Part shown: positions 1-15,000 of the stretch, one piece after another
How the letters are laid out: every line of letters begins with the position of its first letter
How positions within the stretch are numbered: position 1 is the first letter of the stretch
Position numbers and translations under genes: made by a program
Assembly: GCA_051362555.1 (NCBI GenBank)
Contig: CM120645.1
Span: forward strand, 19,406,001 to 19,470,000
DNA length: 64,000 nucleotides
From: Lingula anatina
Lineage: Eukaryota; Animalia; Brachiopoda
Reading direction: 5' to 3'
Notes under the pieces: generated by a model
Told to the model about the DNA's origin: nothing
Database searches by the model: none
Seen by the model: the letters and a program-made list of their open reading frames with translations, nothing else

Positions 1-3000
1 GACCTCTCTTATATACTATTGCCTTGGAGCCAGTCAGTGGTGTATCTGGCCTACATTGGTAAAAAAACGTAGGCAAGGTATTCCCAAAATGTAACAAAAA
101 AGTTGTACAGTTATATTATGTGAATTTTATTTGAATATTTCTCGCAACCATAAGATGATTTATTTGTGAATATAAACAAACTTGTATATGTAGAAATAAA
201 AACATTTCCAAACTGAAATATGTTAAACTATCAAATCCTATTAAAAATCTCAAAAATCACTTGACTCAGCACCCCCCAAAAATGGTCAGTTAAATTACCC
301 TGTGTGATCTGCGCAAAACTCTCCAATCCTTCCTCCAGGCCAAAAGAGCCAGAGTGCTGGGTCAGGTTCAGAGTCAAATGTTTCATACACGGAGGTAGGG
401 TGCATAGCAGCTCCTCCTATGTACAGACTATCGATTGACCAAACAGACTGCATGTAACCTGAAATAAAAATGGGTAAAAAGTTACTGAAAGTTGTACAAT
501 GCACATCAGACAACATGAAAAAAATCCAAGAAATTTCAACACTATTTCTGTAAACATCAAGTATTTTGTACATTGAAGAACCTTTAACAACATTAACACA
601 AAGTGAACTGATACACCCAACTAATATTTACCTCCATGTTTGGGTTGCCAAAATCTGAACCTTGTTGAGTTACTCATAGCTTGCCTGGAATTTGTTATAC
701 TGAAAAATCTGGAAGAGAAAAGAGAATTTCATTTCAAATTGCAGCTTTACTATCATATCTTATCTCATAACTACATAAATAATTATATAAAAAACATTTA
801 CCAACAAAATCTCTATTACCTCTTGATACTTTAATTTTGAATAAAAAAGAAAAGAAAAAAGAAAACCTTCTTCCAGCAGACGGAACAAAAAACAGCTCTT
901 TTAGGAGTTGCCAGCTAACCCCGCCATTGGTTGAATACTGCAACAGCACACTGTGTTCAGGCGACCATGTTGGATGCACTTCATTGCAGCCATATTGGAA
1001 CACAAACTGCAGAACCATAATTGCAGATGCATCCAAGTCTCTTGTAGCTATTAGTCTAATGGTGTCCTGAGGGAAAATTACTCTCCTTAAAAAATCCTGA
1101 GTATCATTTTTCTGTTTCAAAAGCTTCTTAATTAAGACAATGGCAACACATAACACAAATTCTGGATCTTTCAAAGAAGCTATTTAACTTCCATCAGGAA
1201 TTTTTCACGGTATGTACCTGAAACTTTTAAAATTAATAATAAACATTTTTCACAACGGCAACTGTACTTAAAATATTATCTAACTTTGTGTAATATCTTC
1301 TAATTATATATGGGTAGTTGCTATACTACATTGTATCAGTCATGCAGTCACTTAATTACCACTTGGAGGATATGGAATGCTATTGGCACAAATAAAAATC
1401 TGCATTTGTTGGAACACCAACCAAATCCCAATACAATTATTGCTCATGGACCCCATATCACTTCCTATTGCCCCAGCAACTGACTACATAATGAAGTCAT
1501 CCCATGACTTTTAAATAAAAACAATTAATTTAGGAATAATTCACCTAGCCATTTGCATAGATAACGCAACTTCTGCTTTGATACCTTTTCTCATTATTAT
1601 ATAATAAGCAAAACATTTAATATTTCAAGGATGTATTTCCCATCAATTCCCTCTCAGTATAGTCTTTTTTTGTAAATACTTCATTCAAATATACGTCACA
1701 ATATCATTTAACAATCTCACTTACTTTGTAAAAAGTAAGAGAGTTCCCAAACTGTATGACACCACATATATTGGTCACCTCTCCTCCATATATCTCTGGC
1801 CATTGGTCATTCTGCAGTTGACCATCAAAACTGTCCTTTAAATACCCAGGCAACGGGACTTGAGGTACACAAAATTCACCAAAATATCCCTGATCACATC
1901 TGTAAGAAAATTATTTTCACATTTTTATGTCACTAAAGCATATGCAGGTTGACCCGGAGTAACAATTAGAGTTTTTTTATTTTTTAAGTTCACTAGCTCC
2001 TTACTCTAACAGTATATGAAATAAAGTTATATTAATTAATTCAGCAGCAGACTTACAAATTACCACAGTAATTCCAATTATATTCAAAACTTTTCCACTC
2101 CCACACAACATTTTTTTATGAAAATATCTGGTACGTTTGGAACAGGAGCATTTTAATTGACTCAATATTGCATTTAAATCAATATATCTAAAAGATGATA
2201 TTATCACTTATGAATTGATTAATACATTAAAGTGGTAAATTTGTTACAATCAGCACAAACCAAAGTTTTATTGAGCAACCTTCAAGTCAAAATATACTAA
2301 ATTAGCACAGTTGTTGTCCAGGCTGACCTCAAGATGACCATGATGGTCATATGCATGAAACATTCATTGTTTGATTAATTTCTTTAGTTCTAAAAGCATT
2401 ATGCCTTTAAAGGGAGAACTTTCTATCAGACTGCCACTGGTTACCTACACACAGTGTCCATTTCTGCAGTAGCCATGCCCTGAGCACATCCAGGCACAAC
2501 CGTCACCCAAATATACATTGTCCAGGGCCCAGATGTTTCCACGCGAGGTTGTCGTCTGCTGTAGCCAGCGGAATCTGGTGGCAGGAGACCTAATGGTGAA
2601 AAGAATATTAAGTAACATTGTTCAAAATGTTGAATTTTTGGATGCTTCTTTTATTTGCTTGAATGATCACCTTGTCTTTTAAGCCCTTCCCCTCACCAGA
2701 GTACAATAAATTTCAAAATAAACAGTGTCCACAGTCCCATTATTTCTGAATAACATCTGTTGCAACAAATCACTTGGCACAGTTGGCTGAGAATAGGTGC
2801 ATGACTGTGTTTGTTCCTGTGACTGTATGAAAAAAAGTTTTTCAATCAAACTTGTCAAACAGGTTCTTTACAAAAAAGCTCATATTCAAGTATAGCAAAA
2901 ATATATATACATGCACACGTGTGTGCAAAGAAAAAGTTATGCATATACACAAAAAAGAACTGAAAAAAATGAGCTGAGTAACCTGAAATTGCTTAAAAAA

Positions 3001-6000
3001 TACACTAACACTGCATTGGCAGGGAGGTACATGGTCACCCTAGTCCAGTTTGTGTGGGACTCTGACGAGAAGACACTGCTGAGATGATAACCCACGCAGT
3101 TGGTGTCAGGCGGCAGACATTCCTCCACCACTGGGTGCCATGTTCGCCCCATGTCCTTGGAGAACTCCAGCATCACATGGTATAGTGAGGAGTATGCCCC
3201 GCCACAACCCATGGCCAGATCAAACTGCAGGAACGAGGATGGCATCACATGGAAGTCCCAGGTTTCTGCGTACCTCTGCACAGCTGCAATGTTGAATAAA
3301 TATTATGATCTTAGATGATACCAGTTCATGTTATTAGTTTTATGTGTGAATCAAATAGGCTGTATCAAAAATATTATTCTTTATGTTATGGTAATTTATA
3401 TCTCCTAATTTTTTGTGGCCACTTAACATTTCCCCATTTTAATAAACTGTTTCTCTGAAATGCCAAAAATTTTCGTGCAATATGCCATTTAGTTCTAGTG
3501 TTTGGATTCTAAAAATGACTATGTATAATGATTCTTTTAGTGTACAAGCAGAAAGGGATAATTCTGCTTTCTATACACAAAAGTACAAAGTCAAAAGTGC
3601 ACTACTATTCTATCTTTATAGTTTGGGTTTTAAAAGTTAATTTTGAAAATTACCACAAGTTCTGCATGGCAGTAGAAAGGATGGCTTTTCTCTGTGTAAA
3701 TAAAACATATTTCAATTTATTGAACATTCACAGCTTATATATTTAATAAATTCCATATGACCAAATTATGCTATTTTTCCCAAAAGACACGCATCAAAAT
3801 GTTGACTCACCATCTGTTTTACTGAACTCCAATGCCAAGTCCTTGGAGTCACATGTCAGTCTTGGCACTGCATTCTGGGCCATGAACCAAACGTCCTGCT
3901 GCATGGGAGAGAAATCATCCTGGAAGGTGGAGCGCGTGGTCTCATTAATACCTATGACTATGCTGTCTATGGACCACTGTGCCCTCTCTTCATCTGTGAA
4001 AACCAATATAATAAATAAATTCCACAGTATATTTGTTGATTCATCCAATTGTTGTTTAAATCAATAAAGAATGGATATTAATTCAAAAATAAAATACTAC
4101 AACATATTAACGGTCGGTGTTATGAGCATTGACCATATTGTATGTACTGTTTGTAAGTGTCCAGTATGTGATTTCTATAGACAATCTCAGCTCATATTCC
4201 ATCTACCATTCATACAGGGTAAATGTCCAGTATGAGTTTTAATTGTTGAATAAATAAATGTATTAAAATTAAAATTGGTCGCTTTAATTTTCAATCTTTG
4301 GAGAGATCAGCTGGTCTATTTTAAATATTGAGTTACAATATGTTCCCCACAAGTCTTCATTAAGAACTTTAAAGTTAAAATTTACCTTCTGTCCCTAATG
4401 CCTGCCACCATCTAAATGAAGTCATTTTGCTTTTGGCGCCATCTGGTAGCTGAATATTCACCACTTGTGATTGGTTGCAGCATGTAAATGGATCCAAGGA
4501 CCGCAACAAATGCCATGTGATACCATTATTGGTGGAATATTCTACAATTACCCCTTCATTTCTTCTGGCTGGTTTCCTGCAGGATTTTGTGTTTTCATTG
4601 CTTCCAATTCTGATGTCAAACTGAAGCATTCTAAAATGAAAAAGTATGGTTGTCAGAAATATATAGTTTCACATAGCAACAGTAACTGCAATTATAAGAA
4701 CTGCTATTCCAAAACATCTGAACAGTCAAATGATACTTTTAGTGACAGTTAGATAAAAAACTATAAATTTTGTTCTCTATTTTAATTTTTTAGGTCTAAT
4801 TTGATAAAAGGCATTTAAATACACGTTTCATAGTATACCAAATGATCAAATTTGGTAAAACATAAAATTAATTGTACAAATCAAGTAATCACAAACTCAT
4901 TGCCCAATTAACTTTCAGACAAAAAATCTCACTTGATGTTAGATATATCCATGACAACGGTTTTGGCTTCTCTAGTTCCATCACCATAGAAATAAAGTGA
5001 CTTTCCAACATCGATGACACCACAGCCTGCCCCTAATTGCCCCCCATGGATGTTATCCCATAATGCACTGGGTTGGTTCATGTTGTCAAAGCGATCAAAT
5101 TCTCCATGAGACCCCTGACTAGGCTTAGTGCAATTTGGCTCTGAAGTAGAAAAAAATAAATAAATAAAAGAAGTAAATAAAAACTGTGCATTACAATATT
5201 ATTATGACTGAAATGATACCTGAGGCATGGAATTCTTCAAAATAATATATTACTCTTTGAAACTTTTTCTAGTACATCATGAAACGCTGGAAAGCATCAA
5301 ATAATCTGAACAGAAAAACTGAGACAAATTATCTTTGGAAATGTCTATGGTATCATAAAACAGTATTAAAGTGCATTGTACATGCTTTAAACCAACAGAA
5401 ACTTAATTTGTTAGACAGTTATGGTTCAATGTGCTAGTATACACTGGTTTGGCTAGATCTTGTTATTAGGCATATATTTTAATTCATAACAATAATCTAT
5501 AATGAACCATGCATGCAACAAAAACAACATGCACATGTTCATGCTTGCACATGCATTACCACGGAATCCCTTGAAACAGTCACAGGTTCCCCGTCTACAC
5601 ACCCCTTGACCACTGCACATTTCTGGACATGGCTGACCAATGTAAAGGTCATCAAGTGCAAAGCCTGCTGATAAGTCCCCACCCTGTAACCACTGGAACT
5701 GCACTGGTCTGAGAATATAGGGGAATTAAAGATACATGATAAATTTGTTGAGTAAAATGTCCAAGAGAAATATGTACAGGTATCACCTTAACTCAAATTT
5801 CTTATAGTCTAGTGGGATTTCCACAAAAGATGAATGGTAGGGGCATTTTGGGGTAAAAGTTGGGAACCAGGCTTATTGGCATAATTTTGGGATGCTGAAT
5901 CCGATTTACCCGGTTCCCAAGCGAAATTTTGCGTTTTTAACGGTCTAATTTGCAAAAAAACAAAATGGCCACCAGATTTCCTATTTTCTGCAATATCTCT

Positions 6001-9000
6001 GGAACTAGACAGGCAAATATTACAAATGAAGTGTCTTTACCTATATTTTCACGGTCGAGGAACATTATTAAGATGTTTCTGTTAGAATTAGATTTACGCA
6101 ATTTTCCAAAATATGCAAATTAGGATCGCCATTATTGAAAAACCATTTTACTTCTGTATCTATGTAACTAGGCAAGCAAACATGACAAATGAAGTGTCTA
6201 CACCTATGTTCTCAGGGTCAGGGAATGTGATAAATCAGATGTCTTGTCTTTTGGGTAGCACTGACTTTGTGAATCGTGTCCGAGTAGCACCTTTTATTGT
6301 TTCTTCCCTGTATCTGTCAAACACAAGTCAATCTGCTGATAGTTAGAACCTGCCTTCAGAACTGCTTTTGCGTTAACTAGGCAAGCAAACATGACATATT
6401 AAGTGCCCACACCCATGTTTTTAGCATTAGGGAAAGTGATTAAGACATTTTCACTATAATCAAATCAGCAATGAGTGCTACACTGTCACACTGTAGCAAT
6501 TATTCGAATCTGAATTGAATTTTGCAATTAAATACTGCGCTGCCATTGGGATGTAAACATATTGGATCACACAACTGCCCCTTTTACCTAGATTTAAAAA
6601 ATATTACCTTATTAATGCAATGGAGGGATTTGCCGAATCATGTAATTCATGTGATGCAATGTACAGACCTCACATTTAAAATGGATTTTTTCAAACATAT
6701 TTTCTTTTTTTCCCATATATTAGTAATGGATGAACACTTGTTATCGTGTTCGATATGGCTTTAATAAATCAACCCGTGTGAATACATCATCAAAAATTTA
6801 ATTTAAATAAGAATTCATATCAGCGTTATAAACAGCGCATGGATAATTTTATAGCTGATAACAACGAGGTATTAAATTCTTATGAACTCGATATTATCAA
6901 GAATATCAGTTGGTAAGGATTTTCTCTCACACAAAAGAATCATCAAGACAAATGTGAAAAATGGCAACTGATAACAACGCGTGCAGCCTCTTCTAGCTGC
7001 AACCAGAACCCTCATTCCATGCAGAGAGGTTTCTGAGAGTATGATCCAGTATTGTGTTACACGCATTAGTTAGAGATTGCATAAGCTTGTGCCGATTTGT
7101 AGGCTGGACGGGACTGCTAGCGATTTATGCCCACTGGTATTCTATAGAATTCATGTCAGGGGAATTTCGTCGGCCAAGGCAACTGGTTTACTTCTTGGTT
7201 TTGCAGAAAAGCAGTTATTGCATGGGCATGGTTTGGTAGGGCATTGTCATCTTGCAGGATGAAGTTGTCCTGGAAGTACCTTCTTGCAAATTGCAGCAAG
7301 TACTCTCTAAAATGTCCCTGTATTTTATCTGGTTGAAGTTTCCGTCAATTGCCACCAATATTGTTTTGGCTCCAGCGTGGAAACCGGCCCATACAGAGAT
7401 ACTGCCACGGCCACAAGTCACTGTAGTGTGACACAATCCTCGTGCAGTAACTCGTCTGGAAACCTACTGACTCTGATTCAGCCATCGCGGTGGTGGAATT
7501 CAAACCCTGCCTCATCTGTAAAAATCTACATGAACCCAGTGCTGTGCCTGGAACCGCAAATGGCGTCTAGCCCACCATGTTGCTCTGTTCATAGAGTTAA
7601 CCAGCTAAAAGTAGCCTTGCATTCACTAGAGTTCTAGAAACATGCTTTTGAATGGTAATTTGCCACTCATTTTGTACAGCAAGAGTTGTCTTTATCCGGT
7701 TGTTACGACATAACCGCAGAAGCAAGCGGTATTCCCTTCTGGTGGTGACTTAAGGACGTCCTGGCCGTGGTGTCTGTGTTAATGCACCAGTCTGGGCGTG
7801 TTTCTGTAAGACGTTAGAAACTGCTCCCTAAGACACATTCAGCTGTCTGGCAATAGCAGTTTGCTTCTGTCCATTCTGACATAATGCAACAATAGTGTGG
7901 CAAGTCGCTGCCGTTAGTTCACATACCGTAAGGTCAGCTAAGAGTCTGAAACATATCAAACTCTTCTGACTGGACGCTGCCGAAATAAAGAGACTTATTC
8001 TGCATAACTGCTGCCCTTTTATACGCATTCTGTAACCAGCCAAAGAGGACTGCTCAGAGAAACTGCCACATATTACGTAATATAACCGTGCTTCAGAGAA
8101 AGCAGCCTAATGAACAATAACCAACAAACCTGGCTACACATATACCTGATCACAATTGTCGTTTGTGATAAATTTTTCTAAAAAGTTAATTTATTATCAA
8201 CACTTTCCTTTTAAACTAAAATATTCCATATTAAATGTCAATATGTATGTGTATACTTCAAGTACACTATGACATCTCACCTCATTCATTTCAGCGATTT
8301 TTCCATTAGCTTATTACTGGTTACCCATTGGTATCGTTTCATTTTAATTAACAAAATTTCTTGAATTTTTGCTTTAATCTTCTGATATTCTATTGAATCC
8401 AATTAATTGATTGACGATACGAAAAGCATTTCTGTGTTAATAGCAAGTCTGAGCAGTTTCTCAAGCTTCTAAACGATTTCCTTGAGGCCAAATCTGTAAC
8501 AGGAAGGTTAACAGAAGACGTATTCTGCCCTGATGAAATTAAACTAAATGACTCCTCACCCAGTGGCGGATTTGGGGGGGGGGGTCAAGGGGGCCCTGAC
8601 CCCCCATTCGAATTCTGGTCCCCCCTTGAAATTATAATTTTGACCAGCTGAATCATAGTTGTAAACCATATCAAATGGCACCGTTCGCCCTCTTAAATAC
8701 CAAAATTTTTCGTGGCCCTTCAACAGGCCCCTAACCCGTTGCCAAGTGGGGAGGGGGGGAGGCTTTGCATCCGCGGACTCCCCCTTCAAATAATCCTGGA
8801 TCCGCCTCTGCTCATCTTGCCTTATAATTGATGGGCAAGCACTGGCAATTTCACTGGGAAGGTCTGACAATGCAGTGACCTTTGGTAGTTTGGCTGACAC
8901 GTACGTAAAAGCAGTTCTGAAGGCAGGTTCTAACTATCAGCAGATTGAATAGTGTTTGGGAGGAAACAATAAAATGTGCTACTCGGACATGATTCACAAA

Positions 9001-12000
9001 GTCAGTGCTACCCATCAGACAAGAAATCTGATTTATCACATTCCCTGACCCTGAGAACATAGGTGTAGACACTTCATTTGTCATGTTTGCTTGCCTAGTT
9101 ACAGAGATACAGAAGTAAAACGGTTTTTCAGTAATGGCGATCCTAATTTGCATATTTTGGAAAATTACGTAAATCTAATTCTAACAGAAACATCTTAATA
9201 ATGTTCCTCGACCCTGAAAATATAGGTAAAGACACTTCATTTGTAATATTTGCCTGTCTAGTTCCAGAGATATTGCAGAAAATAGGAAATCTGGCGGCCA
9301 TTTTGTTTTTTTGCAAATTAGACCGTTAAAAACGCAAAATTTTGCTTGGGAACCGGGTAAATCGGATTCAGCATCCCAAAATTATGCTATTAAGCCTGGT
9401 TCCCAACTTTTACCCCAAAATGCCCCTTGCCTCTTATGCAGAGCCTTTTTTCAAAAATCTCACTAGACTATTATATTCATATTTTAAATTAGAATTAGTA
9501 AGAACTAGCTGATCATACGAAACTGTCGTTTTCTCCTGAGAAAGGCAAAAAATGAAGAAAAAACACCAGTATATATCAAAGGTAAGGTAATAAATCAAAA
9601 ATTTCAAACAACTAATTTATTCCTACATTCCAATTTTTTTCACAATGAATTCTGATTGGTTACTTCTCAGCAAAACTACAATCAGATACAAACCTGATTC
9701 ACTGGTCAGAATTTTCAATTACATTTTTAAGGGGTCATCAATTTTATCATCATTTTCACAAATCTACAAACCATACCCTTGGGGGAGGTTTAATGTCCTC
9801 TGTACACTTTTGAAAAATAAGTAAAATTATGTTCCAAATTGCTTGTATCTCTGAAAGGGAAAAGGGGTCTGGAAAAAGTTTACTCTTTTGTGGAAAATGT
9901 GAATTCTTGTGTAAAAAAATGGATGAACCCAAAGTGTAAAACTAAAAAAACATTACTTTGGAAAATATAAATTTCCATTTATCAATTTTATGTTCCAATT
10001 TAGCTTACTTAGCAACAATGTAATCTTCCAAAGGAACCACAACCATCCTCCACTCTCCATATGTCCCTGTGTAATATTGACTCTCCTCTCTATACTGCTG
10101 CTGACAGCTATCTTCCAAGTAACACTGTTTGATGACTGGCTGCCATGTTTTCCCAGAATCATGGGAAAATCGAAGATACACTGGGTCTGCATATGCAAAC
10201 TGCCTAGAGCAGCCAACATTGATCTGAAACAATACATTTTTTTTTACATAAAAGAAGATACAAAGCAAAATTATGGTGAGACATGCTTCCAAAGCACTGC
10301 AGTGAAGCATATTCTGAGATCACATTCAAAGTTTTAGTTTCAGGGATGATAAAAATTGGCTGGCTTCTGTTTGCAATGCATAAAATTTATTCAATGTTTT
10401 ACGTTTTTTTTTAAATTTTATATTATGCCAAACTAAATTACTATTATAATAATGTAAATATACCATATCTGACCTTAAATTGCACAACATCTCCTTTCGC
10501 AAGTTTCAGTCGTTTGGTGATGGCAAACTTTGGATTATCCTGATTGTTAAGGACCAGTGCACTGGATGCAGACTGGCAATAAATAAACAGCATGCCCTCA
10601 GTGACCGTCAGCCAATGGGAAGAGTCATACACATTAAACCGCTGAAAAAAATAACATCATAATAAGTTGTGAGAACTGCGCAGATACCAAATCTGTGTCC
10701 TTAAAAATATTTTACTTTAAAATGGCTTATTTATTATGTTTCTGTTGGTATAAGTTATAATGTATAAATGATGAATATACAATTATATAACTAAATAATT
10801 TCTCAATATTAAAAGACTAAGCACTCTCTCCCTCTCTCTCTCTCTCAGTTTTTTTACACACACATATGCATACGTGTGGGCGCACGCACACACTCACACA
10901 CGCCTCACCTCAAAGTCATCATACAACAGTGGCATATCTGTGTATGTATCCAGAGAGATCTGATCTATGGCCCACTGGTCCTGCTCCAAGCCTCCATGAT
11001 ACGGCTGCCACCAGCGATACCTGAGCTGGGCTGCCTTGGCTGATACTGGGAGAGCAATGTGGACCAACCTTCAAAAAATATGCAATAACAAACAGAAAAA
11101 TTATAAAAATAATGAATGGAGAAAATATGAAATATCACAAATTGAAAAGTGTGTGGTATGAGACCCAACTGCGTAATTGTAGGAAGGGTTCAAAGTATGC
11201 TACCAAAAACCCATGGCCACCTACAAAACTGTCAGACTAACTGCATGCCTTCGATTAAAGTCAGCACTTCAACAATTTTTAAATTTTTTCTTACAAACTG
11301 AAAACTGATGTGTATCTGTACTAGCTATTAAATAATATTTCTGTATATCAATGCCCTCATTTTTATGGCAGAAATCTTTCTAATTTATGCATTTACAAGG
11401 TAAAAAAATTGCAAGGCAAATATAAAACAGTAGATGAAGATAATTCAAAGATTAATATAAGGTGTAAGGCACAATGATGGAAAACTGAATTGTTTGGATT
11501 TTTCAGGCCCATAACCAGGGGGGGTTCAGGGGGGGGGGTTAAAAGAACCGCCCCTTTTGTTGGGAAAAGGTCCACTCTGGATAAAATTTGATCCAGGTAC
11601 ATGAGGTTTTCATGGGAAAAGGTCCACTTTTTCAGAAAAAGAACCCCCCTTTTGAAATTGCTGGCTACCCGCCTGTTTGTATTATTTTACTTTGTACCTC
11701 AAAAGCCTGCTGCCAGGCGCCCCCTCCCCACTCCAATGAATTTCTTTTACACTCACTTTGGATTTCTATAGTCATCACCCTGCAGCTCTTTCAGGAGTTC
11801 CCAAGTGATTCCTCCATTGAGAGAATACTGGAGCAGAACACTGTTCTCCCTGTTTATACCTCCTTGACAGGAGAGCAAGTTGGAACCTCCAATGCGCAAG
11901 TAGAATTCTAGAAAGTCTGTGCGTCTTGTATCCATATCATGGGTGCTAAGAATACGACTACCAGCCTGAAAAACAATGATGGAAAATCATAGTCTAAAGA

Positions 12001-15000
12001 AATATCAGTAAGAATTTCTCTAAACAAGGCAGAATGTAGAACACATAAAAGATACCTGGCCCAGTCTTGTCATTATCTTAACTGACAAACTCATAAAATG
12101 ATGGCAGCTTATTCTTTCAATTTCCAACATGTGGTACAAAAATGGAAGTGGGTTTTGAGTCCCAATTTGCATGAAAGCAATACACAAGATAAAATCTGTT
12201 CAGGCAAAGATTGAGACCACCTCCCAGGTTTTGAACAAGTTGTCATGAAAGTGTCATTGGTGCATTTGGGGAAAGGGAATTAAATGAGACTTTTTGATGC
12301 ATTTTTCAGCCTTCCTTACATTCTGTGTTTATAATTACATTTTCTGAAAAAGTAAATTTTGCTGCATTCTCCAGCATGTTTATTACATTCCTTCTAAGAC
12401 CCTTGAGCTACCAGTACTTACTATGAGACCAAAGAAAACACAAACATATTCAACTGTATAGGTATGATTTATTATCATTATATTGCATTTTCACAATTAT
12501 TTATCATCATAAGTCTTCGCATAAGTCTTCTGAATTATATTCTGGCCAAAGTAGACTAAAATTTTGGTCCGAAAGTTGTGAACGAGAACTCTGTACAACT
12601 GTACCTATAAAAATTCCCAACCTGACAAATGACAGATTAAAAGTTCACTAAACTTGTTATACAGTAAGAAGAAGAATACAATGTATAACATAAAAATACT
12701 AGTACTGTGCTCATAAACTATGGCATTTGATAGTTTCTTACATTATGTATCATTTACCCAGCCTAAGCTCTTGCATTATTCCTCCACACAACTTATATAA
12801 AATGTTATGAAAATAATTCATTTTCCAATTTTCAATCTCTTAAAATTTTGAAATACTGAGTGAAAATCTCATTAATCATAGCAAAAAATCACAAATTAAA
12901 CAAAAAATATTGCTAATAAACATGAAAAAGCATTGGTCGCAATTTCATTTCAATTTTTTTCAGGGCGTAATTGCCTTTCCATGACTCCCAATTTATTGTT
13001 TCTTGTCCAGTATATTTTGGATCAAAATAATACAGTCCATTAGGATTTGCATTGGTACATCTTCCTAACCAAAACCCAGTTTTAATATTAAAAGCACAAT
13101 TACCACTAAACAGGTCATTATCATGATACTTTGTAGAAAACGCTGCATTGTTAACATGTGCTAGGCTATCACCAGCTGTGCCACTATATTTTCCAATATG
13201 AAGTGTAAATTTGTTGCTTTCCGCATCCACTTTCATGTGCTCATATTCAGCATATCTGTGGTTTTTGTCAAAGTCCCACATATCAATCCGCAGAACGTAA
13301 TCTTTCTGATTGGTCAGATAATGAAGGTTGTCATTCCCCAGCCAGAACTCTCCATCCACATTCCCAAAACCAGTCTTGTACTGGTCCCAGTCGAGAAAAA
13401 AATGAACGGAACCATCTTGGCGCTTTTGGAAAACTGTCCAGCCACCGCCGTCAGTGTCCATGTCACACCACACAGAGATGGGCGTCAGGGCGTGGCTGAG
13501 GGTGACATTGTACACACCAGAGTTATTGTAACCATCAAGGCGCCATTCAGAACAATCTGAAATTTTAATAGGTTTAAATATTTAAATTTAAAAAGAATGA
13601 AAGTTGATAATTTTTCTCAAAAGTGAATAATTTGCAAATGATCAGAATCAATCATATGGTCTCTGTTTATCATTTAGGCTGTGGACTGGATTGCTTAGGT
13701 TGGGGACCAATGCTATTTTCGTTCAGAACCCTAAACTGTGCAGCTGGAGACCCCATTTTTTTTTCTTTTTTTTTTTCTTTTTTTTTTTGGGGGGGGGGGG
13801 GTTGTTGGGGACACACACTGCTTCTATTTTGGGACCTATATATAAATGCCAAAGGTTGGGGACCTAAGCTATTCTGAGTTTCTTCTTTGGAGACTTTACA
13901 CATGCCCTTCAAGAATAAATTTTACATAAAGACAATAATTATAATATGAAAGACAACAACATAATTTCCATTAACAGAAAAGTGCAATTTCATTTTAATA
14001 TAATGGTCAGAAACTCCCTGGATAATAATTAAGCTGTCCATACTACTAACTTACCAAGTATATCTTTAGATAGGTGCAGTGGGAAATATCAAAAAGCATT
14101 AAGTATTTCATAAGTTATCTATTACCTTGATACTCCCTCTTCAATGGTCCTTTGGAAATAGAACTAGTGAGTGCCTGGACTTGGGCAGACAGGCTCTGTA
14201 TGACCAATGCCTGCTCATCAAGCTTCTGCAAGAAATGAAATTGAACCTGCACAATTTAGCAGTTAAGCCTTGTTCTTACATAATATTATTTGAATTTTAT
14301 ATGTTACTTGGTAAGCTAATCTTAGTCCAAAATCAAAACCATATCTGTTCTGGAATAAATTAATAAACAAACAGATTAATTAATTAATTAATTTAAAAAA
14401 GCTGGATAACAGTTACATGAACTTGAAAACAAGAGATCAGGGGCGGATTTAGGCCGTCTTCTGGGTCTTCCGGAAGACGGTCAGATTTTCAAGTTTACAT
14501 TGACGGGTATCTAATTTTTTCTGTTGGAAGACGGTCAAAAATAGAGGATGGATCAACAGAGATAATTGGAAGACTCTCAGAAAATATCTCTGGATCCGCC
14601 CCTGAGAGATCATCTAGAAATCTCCAAGCTAAAACATCTTTACATCTTTATTCTCAAAATAACTCTTTTCTATATAATTTTTTTTCAAGCAAAATCCGAT
14701 AGACAACTGTGACTTCTAATCATTAGTTTTACTTACCTTTGTCTGTTCACCCAATCGTTGTTCAGTTTGTATCAGCATAGACTGCACTGCCATCAATGCT
14801 GCCTCTTGCCTCTTTGTCTTGTCCAGTAGCTGGTCAACTCTTTGATCTTGACCACTACATGACTTTTCAGCAGCAGGAACGGTCAGTGTGTAAGTACACT
14901 GAGAGACATTGGTCACAACCACTTGGGGATTTCTATCGATACCTTGTAGCTTTTGTGGTTCAACATGGGTAATCGTGCAAAAAGCACCTATCACGACAAG

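Larger units (their letters stand above)
5805..9470. mobile_element. Non-autonomous DNA transposon with ~570-bp terminal inverted repeats (possibly Academ-type), in Reelin intron 26
   Basis: 5805-~6373 is the near-perfect reverse complement of ~8903-9470. Termini are TAGTCTAGTG...CACTAGACTA, with TTA on both flanks (5802-5804, 9471-9473). Subterminal direct repeats (AACTAGRCARGCAAAYATKACAWAT...) start at ~6003, ~6166 and ~6375. The superfamily call is inference. Confidence 0.88.

Noticed and set aside
458-867. Apparent frameshift between Reelin exons 867-1066 and 299-458
   Set aside because: Resolved by a 77-nt exon at 632-708 ([25 protein letters not shown]). The gene is not a pseudogene.
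6113-9153. Near-identical ORFs 6113-6346(+) and 8851-9153(-)
   Set aside because: Mirror images produced by the transposon TIRs, with no protein-like features.
13198-13560. 120-aa plus-strand ORF
   Set aside because: Antisense shadow of the FBG exon.
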